Below are positions 22,690 through 35,400 of a DNA stretch of 64,000 bases, in pieces (within the stretch, counting starts at the first letter, position 1; the number at the start of each line of letters is the position of its first letter). This DNA comes from Trueperaceae bacterium (GTDB lineage Bacteria > Deinococcota > Deinococci > Deinococcales > Trueperaceae), in contig JAXHNB010000002.1 of NCBI GenBank assembly GCA_034520945.1, forward strand, positions 320,001 to 384,000. The letters run 5' to 3'. The notes under the pieces were generated by a model that saw only the letters and a program-made list of their open reading frames with translations, did no database searches and was not told the DNA's origin. Both the position numbers and the translations under genes were made by a program.

Positions 22690-23550
22690 ATGATCGATCT
22701 GGTCCAGACCCTCGTGTTCGGTCTCGCCACCGGCGGCGTCATCGCCGTGGGGGCGGTCGGGTTGTCGCTGTCGTACGGCGTGACCCGCTTCATCAACTTC
22801 TCGTACGGCGAACTGCTGACGGTCGGGGCGTACCTCGCCGTGCTGCTGGCCACCCTGGGGGTGCCGCTGCTCGGCGCGGTGCCCGGCGCGATGCTGGCCA
22901 CCGGGGTCCTGATGGTGGGGCTGGCGCGACTGGTGTTCGAACCGCTGATGCAGCGCGGCCCGCTGCCGCTGCTGGTCACCAGCGTGGGCCTGGCCTTCGT
23001 GCTGCAGAACGCGGTACGGATGGTCGCGGGTTCTTCGGCGATCCGCTTCCCCCTCCCGCTGGTGCGGCCGTGGACGTTCGGCGAGTTGTTCGTGCCGCGC
23101 GTGCCGGTGTACGTCATTGCCGTGGCGTTGCTGGCGATGCTGGCGGTGCACCTGATGCTGTCCAGGAGCGACGTGGGCAAACGCATGCGCGCCGTCAGCG
23201 ACGATCCCGAGCTGGCGCGGGCCTGCGGCATCCGCACGCGCCGGGTGCTGGACGCCACCTGGTTCGCCAGCGCCGCGATCGCGGGCCTGTCCGGCACGCT
23301 GTTGGGCGTCACGCAGTTGGCGCTGCAGCCGGTGATGGGCTGGAACTTCCTGCTGGTGGTGTTCGCTGCGGTCCTGCTGGGTGGGATCGGTCACGCCTAC
23401 GGCGCCATGGTGGGGGCCTTGATCGTGGGCCTCGGGATCGAGTTCGGGTCGACCTACCTCTCCGCCGACTACGGCTACGCCTTCGCGTTCGTGATTCTGG
23501 TGGCGGTGCTGTTGTTCCGTCCCAGCGGCCTGTTCGGAGCGCGAACGTGA
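22690..23550 (+). CDS. HAAT ABC transporter permease (LivH-like)
   Basis: AVGLSLSYGVTRFINFSYGE, GKRMRAVSDD, AVLLGGIG, LLFRPSGLFG. Confidence 0.9.
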   Translation: MIDLVQTLVFGLATGGVIAVGAVGLSLSYGVTRFINFSYGELLTVGAYLAVLLATLGVPLLGAVPGAMLATGVLMVGLARLVFEPLMQRGPLPLLVTSVGLAFVLQNAVRMVAGSSAIRFPLPLVRPWTFGELFVPRVPVYVIAVALLAMLAVHLMLSRSDVGKRMRAVSDDPELARACGIRTRRVLDATWFASAAIAGLSGTLLGVTQLALQPVMGWNFLLVVFAAVLLGGIGHAYGAMVGALIVGLGIEFGSTYLSADYGYAFAFVILVAVLLFRPSGLFGART

Positions 23551-24533
23551 CGCCGGCCCTGTCGTTCCTCATCGGGCTGGCGACCATCGCCAGCGTGTAC
23601 GCGCTGCTGGCGTTGGCGCTGGACGTGCAGTTCGGGCACACCGGCCTGCTGAACTTCGGACACGTGGCGTTCTTCGGCGTCGGCGCGTTCGCCAGCGCCA
23701 TCGTGACGCTGCCGCCCCCCGGCAGCCCGGCGTACGTGGACGCCGGCGCGTCGTACCAGGTCGGCTTCGGCCTGCCCGTGTTCCTTGGCGTGGGGGCCGC
23801 CATGGTGGCCGGCGGCCTGCTGGCGCTGGCGGTGGGCGCGCTGAGCGTGCGTTTGGCGTCCCACTACCTGGCGGTCGCCACCTTCGCCCTCGCCGAGATC
23901 GTGCACGCCACGCTCGCGAACGAGATCTGGCTCACCCGGGGTCACTTCGGCATCACCACCGTGCCGCAACCCGGCAAGGGAACGCTGGTTCCCGTGGAGC
24001 TGTACCCCTTGGTCACGCTGCTGGCGGTGATCGCGATCGGGCTGGTCGCCTGGGGGCTGCTGGGGCGCCTCACCGACGCGCCGTTCGGACGGGCGCTGCG
24101 CGCGGTCCGCGACGACGAGTTGGCCGCCCGCACCTTCGGGCGGTCCGGATTCGGACTCAAGTTGCGGGCGTTCGTCCTAGGCGGCGTGGTGGCCGGCCTG
24201 GCGGGAAGCCTGTTCACGCACGCGCTCGGCGTGGTGCACGTCGAGCAGTTCGTGCCGCTCGTGACCTTCCAGGTGTGGCTGGCAGTGCTGATGGGCGGGG
24301 CGGGTCGTCACCGCGGGGTGGTGATCGGCGCCTTCGTGTTCATCGCCATCCGCGAAGGGACGCGCTTCATGGGCGACATCCCCGGTCTGGAGGCCGTGGC
24401 GCGGTCCAACCCGAGCTTCATCCCCTCGTTGCGGTACGTCCTGATCGGCGCGATGCTGATCTTGGTGGTTCGCTACTTCCCCGGCGGGATGCTGCCCGAA
24501 CGCACCCGCCGTGCCCCCGAGGTGGACGCGTGA
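23547..24533 (+). CDS. HAAT ABC transporter permease (LivM-like)
   Basis: GHTGLLNFGHVAFFGVGA, YLAVATFALAE, PFGRALRAVRDDE; GTGA overlap with the previous gene. Confidence 0.9.
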   Translation: MTPALSFLIGLATIASVYALLALALDVQFGHTGLLNFGHVAFFGVGAFASAIVTLPPPGSPAYVDAGASYQVGFGLPVFLGVGAAMVAGGLLALAVGALSVRLASHYLAVATFALAEIVHATLANEIWLTRGHFGITTVPQPGKGTLVPVELYPLVTLLAVIAIGLVAWGLLGRLTDAPFGRALRAVRDDELAARTFGRSGFGLKLRAFVLGGVVAGLAGSLFTHALGVVHVEQFVPLVTFQVWLAVLMGGAGRHRGVVIGAFVFIAIREGTRFMGDIPGLEAVARSNPSFIPSLRYVLIGAMLILVVRYFPGGMLPERTRRAPEVDA

Positions 24534-24545
24534 GTCGGCGCGCCG

Positions 24546-25301
24546 ATGCTGGCGGTGCGTGGGCTGACCAAGTCGTTCGGCGGCCTGCGGGCCGTGGACG
24601 GGGCGGACCTCGACGTGGAGGCGGGCAGCATCACGGGCCTGATCGGCCCCAACGGCGCCGGCAAGTCGACGTTGTTCGCGCTGGTGTCGGGTGCCCTCCG
24701 GCCCGACGCGGGCAGCGTCCACGTGGACGGGGCCGAACTGACCGGCGCGTCGCCCGAACGGGTCGCCCGCGCGGGGCTGGTGCGTACGTTTCAGACGCCC
24801 CGCCTGTTCGGACGCATGACCTGCTGGGAGAACCTGAACGTCGCTGCGCCGCCGGGGCCCGAGGAGGGATTGGCGTTCGCCCTGTTGCGAGGTGCCGCCG
24901 GCCGCCGGGTGCTGCAGAAGCGGAACCGCGCCGCCCGCGACATGCTGGCCTTCCTCGGCATGGGGCACCTGTTGGACGCCCGCACGGAGACGCTCTCGGG
25001 GGGGCAGCGGAAGCTGCTGGCGCTGGGCCGTGCGCTGATGGCCGACCCGAAGCTGATCCTCCTGGACGAGCCGTCCGCGGGGGTGAACGAGACGCTCACC
25101 CGCACGCTGCGCGACCGGGTGGCCGACGTGCGTGCGCGGGGCACGACCTTTCTGATCGTGGAGCACGACATGGACCTGATCATGACGATGTGCGACCGCG
25201 TGATCGTGATGCACCAGGGCCGCACCTTGGCGGCGGGCACGCCCGAGGAGGTCCAGAACGACCCGCGCGTGGTCGAGGCCTACCTGGGGGGCGCAGCGTG
25301 A
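24546..25301 (+). CDS. HAAT ABC transporter ATPase (LivG-like)
   Basis: KSFGGLRAV, GPNGAGKST, LSGGQRK, LLDEP, IVEHDM. Confidence 0.92.
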   Translation: MLAVRGLTKSFGGLRAVDGADLDVEAGSITGLIGPNGAGKSTLFALVSGALRPDAGSVHVDGAELTGASPERVARAGLVRTFQTPRLFGRMTCWENLNVAAPPGPEEGLAFALLRGAAGRRVLQKRNRAARDMLAFLGMGHLLDARTETLSGGQRKLLALGRALMADPKLILLDEPSAGVNETLTRTLRDRVADVRARGTTFLIVEHDMDLIMTMCDRVIVMHQGRTLAAGTPEEVQNDPRVVEAYLGGAA

Positions 25302-26017
25302 GCCAGGCCGTGTTGCGGGTGGACGGGGTGGACGCCGGCTACGGCGCCCTTCAGATCCTGTTCGACGTCGACCTCGAGGTGGCAGCCGGCGAGAGCGTGC
25401 TGGTGTTCGGGCCGAACGGGGCGGGCAAGTCGACGCTGATGAAGGCCGTGCTGGGGTTGATCCCGGTGCAGCGCGGCGCCATCGCCTACCAAGGACGCAC
25501 CACCTCGAACCTCGCCCCGGAGGAGGTCGTCCGGCTCGGCGTCGGGTACGTCCCGCAGTTGGCCAACGTGTTCGCGAACCTCACGGTGGAGGAGAACCTC
25601 GAGATGGGCGCCGTCACCGCGCCCCGTACGCGGCGGCGGCGGCTGGAGGAGACGTACGCGCGCCACCCCCTGCTGGCGGAGCGCCGGCGGCAGCGGGCCG
25701 GAAGCCTCTCCGGCGGGCAGCGGCAGATCCTGGCCATGGCGCGGGCGCTGATGCCCGAACCCCGGCTCCTGCTGTTGGACGAGCCCTCGGCGGGCCTGGC
25801 GCCGGCGTTGGTGCAGGCGCTGTTCGACGAGGTGGCGCGCATCGCACGCGGCGGCACCTCCATCCTGATGGTGGAACAGAACGCCAAGCAGGCGTTGGGG
25901 ATCGTGGATCGCGGCTACGTGCTCGAAAACGGCCGCGTCCGCTTCCAGGGGCCGGCGGACCGCCTGCTGAGCGATCACGACGTGGCGCAGTTGTACCTGG
26001 GCGTGCGGCGGCACTGA
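25298..26017 (+). CDS. HAAT ABC transporter ATPase (LivF-like)
   Basis: GYGALQIL, GPNGAGKST, LSGGQRQ, LLDEPSAGL, VEQN. Confidence 0.92.
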   Translation: MSQAVLRVDGVDAGYGALQILFDVDLEVAAGESVLVFGPNGAGKSTLMKAVLGLIPVQRGAIAYQGRTTSNLAPEEVVRLGVGYVPQLANVFANLTVEENLEMGAVTAPRTRRRRLEETYARHPLLAERRRQRAGSLSGGQRQILAMARALMPEPRLLLLDEPSAGLAPALVQALFDEVARIARGGTSILMVEQNAKQALGIVDRGYVLENGRVRFQGPADRLLSDHDVAQLYLGVRRH

Positions 26018-26063
26018 TCGGCCGCGCCGCGGGGTGCGCCGTTCGAGGCGCGTATCCTCGGGC

Positions 26064-27224
26064 ATGGAACGAACCTGGCGATGGATGCCGGCCGACCAGG
26101 TGCGTGCGGTCGGACCGACCGCGGACCAGCGTGCGCGGGGGCGCCTCCGCGACTGGTGGGAACGGTTCCGGGGCACGACCGATCACGAGATCGACGTCGC
26201 GCCGGCGCAGGACCGCTTGGGTCCCTTGGAGGCGCGGCGGCTGAAGGCCCTCACGCCCGAGCTGGACCGGTTCGCGCAGCGCGCCGCGCTGAGCACGCTG
26301 CGGGGCGGCCGGACGCGCACCGTGCTGCTCCGTCCCGACGACCGAGGTTGGGACGCGGTGTTGGACGAGACCCGGGTGGGCGACCCGGCGCGGCTGGTGC
26401 CCCCCGACGCGCCGCCGTTGGGCGAGGGGCTGCCGCGCCCCGCCGAGGCCATGGTCCGCGACGCGCCCTGGCTCCACGTATCACGACTGGAGCGGTGGTG
26501 GCTGCGTCACCATGACGGCCTCGGGGCGTTGCGGGGCCTGCTGGGGGCGTTGGCGGTGCGGGACGGCCCCTGGATGTTGGACGTCGCGCCCTGGGCGTGG
26601 GCGTGGATGCGCCGCGTGCTTCCCGAAGCCCGTGCGTTGCCGGCCGCGTTGGCGCCGGCGCCGCTGGACGGCGACGCGCTGGTGGCGTGGTTCGGGGAGG
26701 GATCGGCGACGGCGGTCCGGTTGCGCGAGGGGGGCGGGGCTCCGGACGCGGCGACCTATCACGCCCTCGCCCGGCGCGCCCGCGGCGCGCCCGGCGTCGC
26801 ACTCGCCATTTGGCAGGCGTGCCTGCGCGACGGCGCCGAAGCCGAAGCCGAGACCGATGCCGATCGTGGGGACGCGGCCTCCGACGCGGCCGTGCAGGGC
26901 ACGGGCGAGGAGCAGGACGCGCCCCGCGGGCCGACGGTGTGGATGCGGGCCCCCCACCGCGTCGAGCTTCCCTCCGCCGCTTCGCTGGCGCGTCACGACC
27001 TGTTGGTGTTGCACGCCGCCTTGGTGCACGGCGGGGCCAGCGACGCGGTGTTGCGCCGCGCTTCGGGCATGGGGGCGGCCGAGGTGCGGGCCGCGCGCTC
27101 GGCCTGCGAGGCGCGCGGCCTGCTGGAGCAGGACGAGGACGGGCGCGTGCACGTGCGGGCGGCGGCGCTTCCCTCCATCAGTGATCGCTTGAGCGACGAG
27201 GGCTTCGCGCGGTGGGCGTCATGA
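26064..27224 (+). CDS. Hypothetical protein, translationally coupled to an MscS gene
   Basis: 386-aa ORF; TATCCT 5 nt before ATG; ATGA overlap with mscS; motifs LERWWLRHHDGL, PWAWAWM, ARGAPGVALAIW. Confidence 0.7.
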   Translation: MERTWRWMPADQVRAVGPTADQRARGRLRDWWERFRGTTDHEIDVAPAQDRLGPLEARRLKALTPELDRFAQRAALSTLRGGRTRTVLLRPDDRGWDAVLDETRVGDPARLVPPDAPPLGEGLPRPAEAMVRDAPWLHVSRLERWWLRHHDGLGALRGLLGALAVRDGPWMLDVAPWAWAWMRRVLPEARALPAALAPAPLDGDALVAWFGEGSATAVRLREGGGAPDAATYHALARRARGAPGVALAIWQACLRDGAEAEAETDADRGDAASDAAVQGTGEEQDAPRGPTVWMRAPHRVELPSAASLARHDLLVLHAALVHGGASDAVLRRASGMGAAEVRAARSACEARGLLEQDEDGRVHVRAAALPSISDRLSDEGFARWAS

Positions 27225-28033
27225 GCCTGAGCGACGTGCGGCTGTCGGAGGTGTTCCGGGACCTGGCGCAGATCCCGTTCGGACGGATCGCCGCCATCGT
27301 GGTGCTGGCATGGGTCTCGATCCGGCTGCTCGGCTGGCTGTTGCCCCGCGTGGCGGACGCCCTGCCCGCCCGGTTCCGCTTGTACGTGCTGCCGTGGGTG
27401 CCGGCGTTGCGGTTGTTGATCACCTTCGTCGCCGTGCTGTGGATCGTGCCGCTGGTGATCGCGCCCACGCCGCAGAACCTGTTCGCCCTGCTGGGCGCGT
27501 TGGGGATCGCGCTGGGGTTCGCGTTCAAGGACTTCGTGTCCAGCCTGGTCGCCGGCGTCATCGCCGTGTACGAGCGGCCCTACCGCCAAGGCGACTGGGT
27601 CCGCATCCGGGGCGTGTACGGCGAGGTGGTGGCGGTCGGGCTTCGCGCGGTGTACCTGCGCACGCTGGAGGACGAGCGGGTCAGCGTGCCGCACGCCGCG
27701 CTGTGGACCGAAGCCGTCGGCAACGCCAACGACGGCCTGCGGACGTTGATGGTCGTCACCACCTTCTGGCTGGCCCCCGATCACGACGCCGAGGCGGCGC
27801 GGGAGCGCCTGCGCGAGGTGGCGTGGACCAGTGCCTGGCTGGACGCGACGCGCCCCGTAACGGTCGAGGTGAACGAGTCGAAGGTGGGCACCCGCTACCA
27901 GGTCAAGGCCTACCCGTTGGACGCCCGCGACCAGCAGACGTTCCGGACCGACGTCACCGTGCGCGGCAAGCAGGCGCTGCGCGATGCGGGGTGCCGCTTC
28001 GCCACCGTCCCCGTGGCCCAGGCCGACGCCTGA
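27221..28033 (+). CDS. MscS family mechanosensitive channel
   Basis: Three TM segments then ALGFAFKDFVSSLVAG, ERPYRQGDWV, GEVVAVGLR. Confidence 0.9.
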   Translation: MSLSDVRLSEVFRDLAQIPFGRIAAIVVLAWVSIRLLGWLLPRVADALPARFRLYVLPWVPALRLLITFVAVLWIVPLVIAPTPQNLFALLGALGIALGFAFKDFVSSLVAGVIAVYERPYRQGDWVRIRGVYGEVVAVGLRAVYLRTLEDERVSVPHAALWTEAVGNANDGLRTLMVVTTFWLAPDHDAEAARERLREVAWTSAWLDATRPVTVEVNESKVGTRYQVKAYPLDARDQQTFRTDVTVRGKQALRDAGCRFATVPVAQADA

Positions 28034-28073
28034 CCTTCCGACGAGGCGGCCCTGGCGCCGGCGACGACGCGGC

Positions 28074-30011
28074 TCAGCGCACCTCGGCGCCGGCGGGAAG
28101 GTCGCGGTCCAGGCCGGCCAGGGACAGCTGCCCGTCCGCATCCTCGGCGGCCAGGATCATGCCTTGCGACTCGATGCCGCGCAGTTTGACCGGCGTCATG
28201 TTGCACACAATGATCACCTTCTTGCCGACCATGTCGGCGGCCGCGTAATGCTCGCGGATGCCGGAGACGACGGTGCGGGTCTCCGGTCCGAGGCTCAGGG
28301 TCAGGACCAGCAAGCGGTCGGCCTTGGGGTGCGGCTTCGCATCGGTGACCTCCGCGACGCGTAGCTCCAGGCGGGCGAAGTCCTCCATCGACACGGGATC
28401 CTTGTGCTCCAGCGGAGGCGCGTCGGCCTCGGGGGCCGCGATGCGGGCGTGCAACGCCTCCATGTCGATGCGCGGGAACAGCGGCTCGCCGGGGCGCGCC
28501 TGAGTGCCTTCGGGCACGCCGTTCCAGTGGGTCGCGTCGTCCAGCGTGACCTCGCCGGGAATGCCCAGCTGGTCGCGCAGGGCAGCCATCTTGTCGGGCA
28601 TGACCGGCGTGAGCAGGATCCCTGCGCACCGCAGGGCCTCGAGGCAGTTGCGCAGCACCGTGTCCAGCCGCTCAGCGTGCGCCTCGTCCTTGGCGAGCTC
28701 CCATGGCCGGGTGTCGCTCACGTACTTGTTGGCGCTCCGCACCGCCTCCATCACCGCCGCCAGCGCACGATCGAACTGCAGGGCGTCCACGCGCGCGCGG
28801 ACCAGGGCGGGCAGGGCCAGGAAGGCGTCGCGAAGCGCCTCGTCCTCGGGCGTCCAGGCGCCGAACGCCGGCACGACGCCGCCGCGGTACTTGCCCAACA
28901 TGCCCAGCGTGCGGTTCAGCAGGTTGCCGAGGTCGTTGGCGAGGTCGGCGTTGACGCGTTCGGCCAGCGCCACTTCGTGGAACGAGGCGTCGAGTCCGAA
29001 GGTCATGTCGCGTAGCAGGAAGTACCGGAAGGCGTCGTTGCCGTAGCGTTGCTGCAGGTCGAGCGGTCGGATCACGTTGCCCAGCGACTTGCTCATCTTG
29101 CGGTGATCGCTGAGCCAGTACCCGTGCACGTTGAGGTGCCGGAACAGCGGGATGCCGGCGGCCTTGAGCATGGTGGGCCAGAACACGCCGTGCGGCTTGA
29201 CGATGTCCTTGGCGATGAAGTGTTCGGCGGCGGGCCAGTACCGTTCTACCAGGCCCCGGCTCTCCAGCGCGGAGTAGTAGTTGAGCAGGGCGTCGAACCA
29301 CACGTACGTGACGTGATCACTGTCCCAGGGGAGGGGGATCCCCCACGGAACCCGCGCCCGCGGTCGGCTGATCGACAGGTCCCCGATGGGGGCCTGGAGC
29401 ATGGCCAGCACCTCGTTGCGGTACCCCTCCGGCCGGATCAGGGACGGATTCGTCTCGAGCTGCTCCTTGAGCCAGGGCCGATACTTCTCCATCCGGAAGA
29501 AGTAGTTCGCTTCGGAGCGATACTCCGGCTCGATCTCGTGCTGGGGGCACAGCCCGTCCACCAGCTCCTTCTCGGTGTAGTAGCGTTCGCACTTGACGCA
29601 GTACAGGCCCCCGTACTCGCCGAAGATGATGTCGCCCGCGTCGTACACGCGCTGGAGGACGTCCTGGACCACCCTCTTGTGATCACGCTCGGTGGTGCGG
29701 ATGAACGCGTCGTACGAGATGTCGAGCCGGTCCCAGGTCTCCCGGAACTTGGCGGCGACGCGGTCGGTGTAGGTCTGCGGGTCCAGCCCGGCCGCTTCCG
29801 CCGCCTTCTGGATGTTCTCGCCATGCTCGTCCGTGCCGGTGAGGAAGTAGGTGTCGTCCCCGGCCAGCCGGTGGTACCGGCTGGCGATGTCCACCAGGAT
29901 CGTGGTGTACGCGTGTCCGATGTGCGGTTCGGCGTTGACGTAGAAGATCGGCGTGGTGGCGTAGAACGCGCGGGGGGCGTCCCCCGGGTCGTGATCGGAT
30001 GCGGGTGGCAT
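28074..30011 (-). CDS. metG: Methionine--tRNA ligase with C-terminal tRNA-binding domain
   Basis: TTPIFYVNAEPHIGH, FLTGTDEHG, YVWFDALLNY, KMSKS, OB-fold tail (HPKADRLL, GIESQGMILAA); GGAGGA RBS. Confidence 0.97.
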   Translation of the reverse strand: MPPASDHDPGDAPRAFYATTPIFYVNAEPHIGHAYTTILVDIASRYHRLAGDDTYFLTGTDEHGENIQKAAEAAGLDPQTYTDRVAAKFRETWDRLDISYDAFIRTTERDHKRVVQDVLQRVYDAGDIIFGEYGGLYCVKCERYYTEKELVDGLCPQHEIEPEYRSEANYFFRMEKYRPWLKEQLETNPSLIRPEGYRNEVLAMLQAPIGDLSISRPRARVPWGIPLPWDSDHVTYVWFDALLNYYSALESRGLVERYWPAAEHFIAKDIVKPHGVFWPTMLKAAGIPLFRHLNVHGYWLSDHRKMSKSLGNVIRPLDLQQRYGNDAFRYFLLRDMTFGLDASFHEVALAERVNADLANDLGNLLNRTLGMLGKYRGGVVPAFGAWTPEDEALRDAFLALPALVRARVDALQFDRALAAVMEAVRSANKYVSDTRPWELAKDEAHAERLDTVLRNCLEALRCAGILLTPVMPDKMAALRDQLGIPGEVTLDDATHWNGVPEGTQARPGEPLFPRIDMEALHARIAAPEADAPPLEHKDPVSMEDFARLELRVAEVTDAKPHPKADRLLVLTLSLGPETRTVVSGIREHYAAADMVGKKVIIVCNMTPVKLRGIESQGMILAAEDADGQLSLAGLDRDLPAGAEVR

Positions 30012-30226
30012 GAGTCCTCCTGCTCGGCGTGCGTGGCGGTCGCCAGCGCCGGCCGGCACGCACCTCGTCGTGCCTGCCGGCCGGGGGCCCGGTTCGGGTG
30101 ATGGTACCAGCGAGGCGCGGGGCACGGCACCGACGCACGCGTGCGCGTGCTACCGTCTTCGCGGAGTCACCGACGCCTCACGCCCCCGCGGGGGGCGGAC
30201 CGGATCACTCGAAGGGACGCGATGCC

Positions 30227-30913
30227 ATGACCAAGGAGCAGTTCTCGCATGCCGTGCGCGCCACCTTGCTCGCCCTCGGGCTCGTGGCGGCGTTGGCGGC
30301 GTGCGGATCGCCCCGCACCGTCGACGCGGTCCAGGTGCTGCACTACGTCGACGAACCCACCGACGCCCTGCGGGCCGAACTCGGTACGCCGTTCCCCCGG
30401 CACGTCGTCACGCGCACGAACGACGCCGAGACCTTCAACGACGAGCTCGCCACGGGGCGCTACGACCTGGTGTTCGTGTTCGTACACGCCGAGGCCCCCA
30501 ACGCGCAGGCGGGGCCGGTGCCCGATCCCGCCCTGCTCGAGGACCATCTGAACGACGGGGGGCGGCTGGTGCTGGCCGACTTCAGCCGGACTGCGGGGTA
30601 CGCCGAGCTGTTCGACGCGAGCTACACGGGGGCGCGGAACCTCCAGGAGGCCGATCTGAGCGACCCGGCGCTGTCCGCGGGCCTGGATGGGCCGTTGTCG
30701 CTGGAGAACCCCAGCGGGTGGAACGATTACGCCATGGGTCTGGCGGCGGGCGACGCCTCCCGTGCGGCCTGCCGCTTCGAGAACGGCGACGCCTGCCTGG
30801 TGCGGGCGGCGGGCGGTCGCGCCGCGCTGCTGGGCTTTCTCGGCGACACCGTCCCCGAGACGCGGGCGCGGACGTTCTGGCGGAACCTGGTCGCGGCCCT
30901 GATGGACGCCTGA
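30227..30913 (+). CDS. Hypothetical lipoprotein
   Basis: LLALGLVAALAAC lipobox; acidic mature domain. Confidence 0.72.
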   Translation: MTKEQFSHAVRATLLALGLVAALAACGSPRTVDAVQVLHYVDEPTDALRAELGTPFPRHVVTRTNDAETFNDELATGRYDLVFVFVHAEAPNAQAGPVPDPALLEDHLNDGGRLVLADFSRTAGYAELFDASYTGARNLQEADLSDPALSAGLDGPLSLENPSGWNDYAMGLAAGDASRAACRFENGDACLVRAAGGRAALLGFLGDTVPETRARTFWRNLVAALMDA

Positions 30914-30964
30914 GTCGGCGCGACGAGGCCGGGCGGGGCGGGCCCCGCGTGGGAGAATGCTGGC

Positions 30965-34128
<3,164 letters not shown>

Positions 34129-34225
34129 GGGCCCCGTCCACCTGCGGCGCGGCGTGGACCGGCGGATCCGCGGTTCGTGACGAATCCGTCAGGAACCCGT
34201 GAGTGGCGGTCGGTAGACTGGCTTC

Positions 34226-34597
34226 ATGGACGATTCCCTCCTCGACCCCGGCGACACCGTGACGGCCCAGGGGCCGCGCGACGCGGCGCCGCATCGCCGT
34301 ACGGCACCGCGTCGCGCCCGCCGCGCCGAATTGCGGCGCGAGGTCGAGGGCGATGCGCGACGCGTGGCGCACCCGCGGGGCGTCGAAGTCGCGTCGGGGG
34401 AGCCGCGGCGGGCCTCCGACGTCGCCGTGCTGTGGTTCCGGGGCGAGCGCGCCTCGGTGCTCCGCACCGTCGGCGGATGGCGCCCCACGGCCCCCGTCGA
34501 GGTTCGGATCGCGCACGCCGGCATGCTTGGCGTCCGCTACGAACTGGCCCTGTACGTGGTGCCTTGCGCCACGGGATCCCGCACGGCCGCTGCCTAG
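34226..34597 (+). CDS. Hypothetical protein (leaderless)
   Basis: TAGACT -10 6 nt before ATG; GC-rich third codon positions; family not recognised. Confidence 0.55.
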   Translation: MDDSLLDPGDTVTAQGPRDAAPHRRTAPRRARRAELRREVEGDARRVAHPRGVEVASGEPRRASDVAVLWFRGERASVLRTVGGWRPTAPVEVRIAHAGMLGVRYELALYVVPCATGSRTAAA

Positions 34598-34619
34598 CCG
34601 CGGCCGTTCGCATACCCAC

Positions 34620-34648
34620 TTGCATGTCCTGAATCCTTGCGCTAGGAT
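34620..34648 (+). promoter_or_regulatory. Sigma70-type promoter of the 37-aa ORF
   Basis: TTGCAT-17 nt-TAGGAT. Confidence 0.65.
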
Positions 34649-34692
34649 CGTGCCGCCGGTCGACGTGACGACCGCAGCGAGGAGGTGACCCG

Positions 34693-34806
34693 ATGATGCG
34701 AACCGACCCGAACACCTCGACCCCCATCCCGGGTCGCCCGCGGTGCGGGATGCCGCCGGCGGTGCGCGTCGAGCTTGGAGGGGACCCACTCGGGACCGGT
34801 TTCTGA
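34693..34806 (+). CDS. 37-aa microprotein MMRTDPNTSTPIPGRPRCGMPPAVRVELGGDPLGTGF
   Basis: AGGAGGT RBS, upstream promoter and downstream terminator; too short for the ORF track. Confidence 0.55.
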   Translation: MMRTDPNTSTPIPGRPRCGMPPAVRVELGGDPLGTGF

Positions 34807-34828
34807 GGCCACGCCCGTGCCCGATTCG

Positions 34829-34860
34829 GATCCCCTCGGCGGCCCGCCGAGGGGATCTTC
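34829..34860 (+). terminator. Terminator-like hairpin
   Basis: GATCCCCTCGGCG-GCC-CGCCGAGGGGATC (13 bp) followed by TTC. Confidence 0.65.
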
Positions 34861-34959
34861 ATGCCCGGTGCGTGGGCCACGGACGCCGCGCCATGGGCGC
34901 CCGTGTGCGCGGCGGCGAGAGGAATGAACGGTGCCGATGCATGATATGGAAAGAGAGAC

Positions 34960-34988
34960 TTGACAAAGACTCATATACCACCTATCAT
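34960..34988 (+). promoter_or_regulatory. Near-consensus sigma70 promoter
   Basis: TTGACA-17 nt-TATCAT inside an AT-rich patch. Confidence 0.8.
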
Positions 34989-35010
34989 TCTCTTCGAGAA
35001 GGAGGGCGCG

Positions 35011-35142
35011 ATGATGCATCCGGACCAAATCTTTCGTGCCGCTCACGACCGAGCCGAGGATCTGCACCGCCGCAGCGCGTTCGACGCCGCTCGTGTTCCC
35101 ACCCTCGTCGGGGTCCCAGCTCAGGAAGAGAGTACGTCATGA
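35011..35142 (+). CDS. 43-aa microprotein (MMHPDQIFRAAHDRAEDLHRRSA...)
   Basis: AAGGAGG RBS; stop overlaps the next start (ATGA); N-terminus paralogous to the next ORF. Confidence 0.6.
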   Translation: MMHPDQIFRAAHDRAEDLHRRSAFDAARVPTLVGVPAQEESTS

Positions 35143-35375
35143 ACCATCCACACGACATTCTGCGCGCCTCGCACGACCGCATGCACCGCCTACACCGGGA
35201 TGCCGCCACCCACCGCGCCCTGACCGACGCCCACGCCGCCGACCGGGAACACATGGCAGCCTCCGGGCTCCGAGCGAGCCTCGCGAGCCTCCTGCGCGCG
35301 CTGGCGGAACGTCTGGAACCCGGTCCCCCGGTAGGGCCCGGTCCGGGTCGGATGACGACCCCACCGGCGGCCTGA
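35139..35375 (+). CDS. 78-aa His-rich small protein (MNHPHDILRASHDRMHRLHRDAA...)
   Basis: ATGA coupling; 8 His in the first 38 residues; amphipathic C-terminal LRASLASLLRALAERLEP. Confidence 0.7.
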   Translation: MNHPHDILRASHDRMHRLHRDAATHRALTDAHAADREHMAASGLRASLASLLRALAERLEPGPPVGPGPGRMTTPPAA

Positions 35376-35400
35376 CGACGGCCGGCCCGGGGCCCAGCTG

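Noticed and set aside
24275..26017. 580-aa ORF spanning the LivG- and LivF-like genes
   Set aside because: The upstream part is an Arg/Gly-rich alternative frame; only 25298-26017 is real.
30012..30226. T-box or SAM riboswitch upstream of metG
   Set aside because: The leader is short (TACCAT -10 at ~30101-30106) with one GC hairpin and no T-box or S-box consensus.
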